Source of the DNA: Vicugna vicugna
Lineage: Eukaryota
Reading direction: 5' to 3'
Assembly (NCBI GenBank): GCA_013265495.1
Contig: MU058365.1
Location: 372,001-429,599, forward strand
Length of the DNA stretch: 57,599 bases
Below the pieces are notes generated by a model that was not told where the DNA came from, made no database searches, and worked only from the letters and a program-made list of their open reading frames with translations. The translations under genes and the position numbers were made by a program. Below, piece after piece: positions 51,567 through 57,599 of this stretch. Numbering within the stretch: position 1 is the stretch's first letter; each line of letters begins with the position of its first letter.

Positions 51567-54361
51567 GTCTTCAGGTAACAACTGTTCAAACAGAAGTGTG
51601 GGGACCATGGCTGCACCTTCACTCAAACTCCAGTGAACCTGAGCCCCTGACACTGATGGAATCATCACGTCTCGAGCCAGCATCACCTTCTCACCTGGAT
51701 TTGTGGAGCAGCCTCTCCCTGCCTGACTGCCGTTTGCCCCTCCAACCCACTCCACCTGCTGTGGGGCCACTGGCGAGTGTGCAGAGCAGAGCCTGTCTAG
51801 TCCCTGCTGACTGGGCTTCGGTGCTGTTCTGCAGCCCAAAGCATGGAAAGGCGGTTCTTTTCAGAGCTAACTCCTCCACCAAGTGACAGTTCGTGCATCC
51901 CCGGTGAAGACCGTGACGGCCCCGAGGGTGCATGGAGCCTGGTAAGAACTTGTCTGTTGGGAACGTTTAGGGTGAATCTTCCTTTTATTCAGTCGGTGCT
52001 GTTTAGTCTTAAAGTCGTGTTTGATTCCTTAGGGGGAATGGTGTTGGTATTATTCTCATCACCTCCCACCCCCCTGCGCCCAGCCCCAGCCGAGAGCCAA
52101 ACAGAGGTGTGCAGAGATGTCTCTCACACTACTGTGGACGTGGATTGCTTTGGGACTATACCCACTGATCCATGCCTCCTCCCTGAAACCCTCCAACTGT
52201 CTCATAGGCCTCCTCTCACCCGCCCTCGAGTCAGGGGCATGGCCAAGCACAAGGACCCCTGCTGGACAGGTGTCACTCACAGCCTGGGCGTGGGGGCGGG
52301 AGGGCAGCACCCTGGGTGCGGCACACAGGCTGGGGAGCAAGGATCCTGCTGGGACTGTGGGAGGCGGACTTCGTCATTACCAGAGGGTGGGGTGACCCTG
52401 GTTCCCTTGGGAGACGAGACTGCTCGTTTAGATGGCTGTGCTGGCTGGAAGGGCATGGACTTGCTGGGTAAACACAGCTGGTCTGGCGGGAGAGGAACTG
52501 GCCAGGTGGGGAGCCTCTGCTGCATGGCGGGGAACACGCCCGCTCTCACCTGACAGTCCCCCAGGGAGCAGAGGTGCCCCTGCAGGAGCTCAGGGGGCCC
52601 TAGGAGGTTCCCCCGAGCACGGCACCTTGACACGTCGAACATCCTAGTTGGAGAAGCCGGGTGAGCAAGAGCAGGAGGGCGGCCACTGGGACCTGCCCCC
52701 CACCTCCTCCCTTAAAGGAGGAGCCAGCCCCGCCCTGCCGACTCCCAGACCTGGGGACAGAGGACAACGGGACACAGCTCTCCACCGTTCACTGCCCCCA
52801 CCTGAGCCCCTCCAGCCTCCAAGCCTTCACATATTTACTGTTTCTTTATCTAAAAGGTAAAAAGTCTTCCTGCTCTGGCCACTCCTTTAGGACTTCATCC
52901 TCCTGTGAAGGGCCCCGTGTACGTGGAAAGCCTCAGCACACTTGCCACGCTTTTCTCCTTGCTCATCTGTCTTTTGTGCATTTACTTCTTAGCCGGAGAC
53001 CCCGGGAGGGGGAGGAGGGCTTGTCCTCTGCTGCGGCAGCCGTGCAAAGCCAGGCCTCACAAGACGAGACCCTAGCATCGGTGTGAACTTAGTGGTGACT
53101 CAGACTCTTAGGGAGCAGGACAAACGCCTCCCCAGGAAGCAAAGTAGGTCCTTGAGGAGGAGGGAGAAAACCAGGAAACGTGAACTCAGAGGTGCCCGCC
53201 CTTGTGGCCACTAAAAACAGTTGTGGGTCTGAGTGGCAAGGGTGAGGCGGGATTTTAGCTTCACTGATGCCTGTGGCTATGGTGACACCTCCAGGCCCAT
53301 GTGCTGCTCTGTAACTTAAATAAGAGCTCTGGGAAGAGCCCGCAGGTCCTCTTAATTAAACCAATTCATCTGGCCACCAGGGGCATATGGACCCTCAAAG
53401 TCCCACTGAAATCTTCCTTCGAGAGCGCAGCATGGTTTTCTGAGAAGAGACTTGAACCTCACGGTGGTAATGCCTGGAGCTCCACGGGGACGCAGCATGT
53501 GCCGGGGGCGGGGGAGGTTGTCCTGGGGCTGAGTGCTCGCGGAGGTGTCTGTCACCTTGCTTTATACGTGGTCTCTGCAAAGGAAAGGCCCCCCAGAGCT
53601 CTTTACCCCAGAGGGTGTGGATTCCGATGGGGACGGACCTGACAGCATTTGGTGCAGGGCCCCACCTCAGGTGGACTGACTAGCAGGTCACAGCATCAGT
53701 CAGATTAAATAAAATCAGTAAATGCAGAACTTGTTGTCTCCAGAACCATGCAGGACTAAAAGTTGTCAGACTTACATCGGTAGTTCGGACGCTGGAGGGA
53801 CAACAGCCAGGTCTTGACGTTGTCAGCAGTGGAGCGGTCCTCAGTTCACCCAACAATCCTAGGGGATTTCACCCGGGTGGGGGTTAGGGGCTTCCTCTGG
53901 ACCAGGCACGTTGCCAGCATCCATGTGTCCAGAACGAGCACTTGCATGAACACCTGGAGCTGCTCAGAGGATGATGTTACCTGTGCAACATCACCCCTGC
54001 GCTCTGGAGGAAGGTGGGGATGGGGGGGTTGAGACCTCCCCTGCAGAGTGTGTGCAGCTACGAGGCTGCCGCCCCCGGGGAGCCCGGCAGAGGCACGTGG
54101 AGTCCCTCCAGAGACAAAGGCATACCGAGGCCACACAGAACAGATGTGCCATTTCTGTAACAGTGACTTCCAAACGGGCTGCTGGCAGTACCATGGTGTG
54201 GAGGGGCTGGGATCCACTGTGGGGGCTGTTCACGCTCCTCCAGTTGAGAACACACCAAAGTGGGTTAGTACCTAGGAAAGAAGTGAGGATAACCAGACCT
54301 TCATTCATTAGGCCTTATGGTTAAATTCCTGAAAATTATTTGTCAAAAATGTAACAATTTA

Positions 54362-54451
54362 GGGGGAGGGTATAGCTCAGTGGTAGTGTGGATGAAGGAA
54401 GTCCTGTGTTCCATCCTCAGTACTTATGTTTAAAAAAAAGAAAGAAAAGAG
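54362..54451 (+). mobile_element. tRNA-Ala-derived SINE (Vic-1-like) with target-site duplication
   Basis: GGGGGAGGGTATAGCTCAGTGGTAG...A-tail; TSD TGTAACAATTTA at 54350-54361 and 54452-54463. Confidence 0.85.
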
Positions 54452-55689
54452 TGTAACAATTTAATATGATACTGTTTCATGTTTTGTTACTTTTCCTCTG
54501 ATTAGGATGTGATGGTTGGTTCAGGAGCCTGCCTAATATGTGGCATTGTAAGGAATTTCAAGGCTTCTTATTTTTCAGATTTTTTTTTTAAAAGCCAAGA
54601 TAGCTGCATGCTTTCTTAAAATTACAATGCCAACACCTTTTATTACAGAGTTCTCTACTAAATTTGTTTTTGTTTCAATTATGTAATTGTAACCTCAATA
54701 TTAAATTTACAAATCACAGATAAGCATGTAATTAATAACTTTGTATGTACCTGTGGAAAATGTGCTTACCTATTTATCATGCAGAAACAAATAAAACATT
54801 CAAACAAAAATCACAGACTCAGACATAAAATTAAGATGAGCACCCGGCTCTGTGATATTTCTGCCACAGGCTGTTCCAGCACCTGCTGATCAGTCAATCA
54901 GAGGAAACCTCAGGGCTGAAGATAAGCCAGTTCTGTAGGAATTCCTTCCTAAAATAGTGCTGAGCAAATAGTGAGGCTGGTGCAGGGCAGACCTCAGGGT
55001 TCCTGCGGCAGAGCCACGGTCTCCCATGGTGGCCTTTTTTCACCATCTAAATCCCTCTTTGCTCCAACAGCCTGTTTCTCACTTTGTCACAATCCTCCCT
55101 CCTCTCTGCTCTCCTGGGAGCTGCATCCATCCTGAGCAGGCTCTGGGGCTGCGGGGCCACTGTCCCCACTTGTCCCAGAGCAAACCCTCCACGTGCACAT
55201 GCACGGGCAATGTCCCCTCACCGAGTGTCTCCAGGAGGAGGAGATAGTGCAGACTTCAGAGAAATAGTTTTGATTTAGATCAGATGAGTCACCTCGGGTG
55301 AGGCATGGTGAGGCCAGAAGCAGGTCAAGAGCAGAGACAGGAAGGAGTCTGACAGCTTTGTGAGCCCAGCACCCCGGGGAAAGGAGGCCCAGGGTCAGCC
55401 AAGGCACAGCAAGAGAGGGACAGCTGAGGACACACCTTTACTGTGGTTTCTGTCAAAGGAAGCGGGGTGGCAGGGCAGACAGGCCTGGGGACAGCTGATC
55501 TGGATCAGTCTGACAGGTTCTGGGGCACAGGGCTGCTCCTGGTTGTCTGGGACCTGGCCCTGGGCAGTTAGGGCAGGTGTACAGTGGCCTGGAGTACGAG
55601 AGCCCCACATGGGAGGTGGTTGGAGTGTGGGCTTAAGGGAATGCACTAGAAAGGGAAATGAGCAGCTTCTAGTTGGGGCCTCAAAACTG

Positions 55690-56860
55690 AGTCAAAGCCA
55701 CCTGTTAAAAACCATCCCACACTCACCAGAGCCAGCAGCTGCTGCAGCTGGTCCAGGGCCAGCCCTGCCCACCACACAGCCCCGCGTAGCTGCACCCCAG
55801 AGTGCCTGGCGCTGGTCTTCAGGTGCGGCTGTGCTTGTGAACCCACAGGGAATCTCCCCCCAAAAGGCCTCTCCTTCAAGATGGGGAGGGATAGCTGATC
55901 TACGTAGTACGTAGAAATAGACAGAGAATCAGGCAAAATGAGGAGACGCAGGATGACGTTCCAATCAAGAGAACAAGACAAAACCTCAGAAGAACTGAAT
56001 GAAATGGAGATCAGCACCCTAACTGATAAAGGGCTAAAAGTAATAATCATGCAGGTGCTCGGAGAGCTCAGGGGAAGGGTGGATGAACACAGGGAGAGCT
56101 TCAACAAAGAGACAGAAAACATAAGAAAACACCAAGCAGTAGTTATATGCTGAACTTGAAAAACGCCTCTTAGAGGTTCAACAGTAGATTGAATGAGGAA
56201 GAAGGACAGACCAGTGAGCTGGAAGACAAAGCAATGGAGCTTACCCAGACAGAGGAGCAAAAATAAATGAAAAAGAAATTTTAAAAAGTGAAGATACCCT
56301 AAGAGGCCTCTGAGACAGCATCAAGCAGAATAATATTTGCATTATGGGGGTTCCAAAAGCAGAAGAGATTTTTTTTTAAAGGGCAAGAAAAAATTATTAG
56401 AAGAATTAGTGAATGACAGCTTCCCTAATCCAGAGAAGGAAACAAACATCCAGGTCCAGGAAGCCCAGAGAGTTCTGAATAAGATGAATCCAGAGAGACC
56501 ACGTCAAGACACATTGTAATTAAGATGGTAAAAGTTAACGATAAAGAGAGAATCCTAAATGCAGCAAGAGAAAAACAACTTGTTCAGACCAGGGACCCCC
56601 AACAAGACCGTCAGCAAACTGTTCAGGAGAACACTTCCAGGCCAGAAGAGAGTGGTATAACATACTCAGAACCCTGAGAGAAGAAAGCCTCCAGCCGAGA
56701 AGCCTCTGCCAGCAAGGTTACCACTCAGCACTGAAGGGGAGATCCAGAGTTTCCCAGGTAAGCAAGGGCTAAAGGAATTCACCACCAGTAACCCGGCCCT
56801 ACAAGAAATATTAAGTGGACTTCATTAAGCTGAAAAGAAATGACACTAATTAATAACAAA
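55690..56860 (+). mobile_element. L1 fragment: end of 5' UTR plus degenerate ORF1 (55938-56828), no ORF2
   Basis: MRRRRMTFQSREQDKTSEELNEMEI..., ...NDSFPNPEKETNIQVQEAQRVLNKMNP..., ...LKEFTTSNPALQEILSGLH*; frameshifts and stops. Confidence 0.9.
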
Positions 56861-57599
56861 TGTTTTTCTTAGAGAACAAGGCACAGATGTTCCACTTAGC
56901 ACTTACCTGCCTAATCCTGGGACCAGCAGAGGAAGCGAGGGAGCCGAAGAAAGGCGAGAAATATGAGGGGACCGCTGGTCCCCGTGCTCCGGGCTCCTCT
57001 GTGCCGCTGGCTCTTTCATCCGCAGCAAGTTCTCAGGGGGTGTTCTCACCTCCTTGTTGGTGTTGCGACACCACGTACACATACACACTGTATGCAGAGA
57101 GGGCTGATGGCTACTCTGAAGCCTTATTGCGTTACACGGTCTTATACAGCAAAGAAGAACGGCAAGGGTTATGGTTGACAGGCAGTGTCTGGCTCAAGGT
57201 CAGAAGACCCTTTATGTTTTGGTAAATCATGTTCGTGTTGGCACCAGCGAGCCTTACAGCTTATCAGGGTGGAACATACGAGAAACGACTGCTTCACAAC
57301 ATTCTTCTTGGACTCAGGCGGCTGTGCCTGTCTCAGGTTGCACCCCCCTGGGGATCTTACCCATCCTTGGCTAACCAGCCTTCTCACCTGAGTCTGCAGC
57401 TTTCTATCACTTGTTTACCATTCCGGCTCAAGGCTCATTCCTTTGTTCCCACAGTCGGGGGCCTACGCTCCTCTGTCCCTTTGGCCATGGAGACTCTGAG
57501 ACGGTGGTAATGTGACTGGAGTCACCCGGATTCTGCCGAGAGGGCTGCCTGAATGCTGGTGATGGCTCCACTGTATCAAACTGCCTTTTTAACAGAGCA

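Noticed and set aside
51843..52553. 236-aa plus-strand ORF as a new gene or MPO exon
   Set aside because: No peroxidase or other recognisable similarity and no supporting splice structure.
53371..53386. CTCF-like TGGCCACCAGGGGCAT
   Set aside because: One base short in the core G-run, which breaks the motif spacing.

Overview
Mammalian genomic DNA orthologous to the human 17q22 block RNF43-SUPT4H1-MIR142-TSPOAP1, with all recognised genes on the + strand. It is probably a camelid, judged from three tRNA-Ala-derived Vic-1-like SINEs. The window holds the last two coding exons and 3' UTR of RNF43, the complete 5-exon SUPT4H1 (117 aa), a miR-4736-like sequence, and MIR142 with promoter motifs and a poly(A) signal. 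It also holds the complete 31-coding-exon TSPOAP1/BZRAP1 (RIM-binding protein 1); my manual splice assembly gives 5580 nt, or 1859 aa plus stop. The rest is ordinary mammalian repeats (L1, L2, MIR, MLT1, MER5A, hAT, a solo LTR). I found no wholly new biological system. The best second-look items are: a candidate 27-nt TSPOAP1 microexon next to a near-perfect CTCF site; exons that begin with a 5' splice site (recursive-splicing-like); a loop-deleted miR-4736; possible read-through chimeras; and a right-hand end (>51 kb) that looks rearranged, with an LTR lacking a TSD, an ORF1-only L1, exon-like remnants on the minus strand and no recognisable TSPOAP1 terminal exon. Comparisons to human sequences are from memory and need alignment to confirm.
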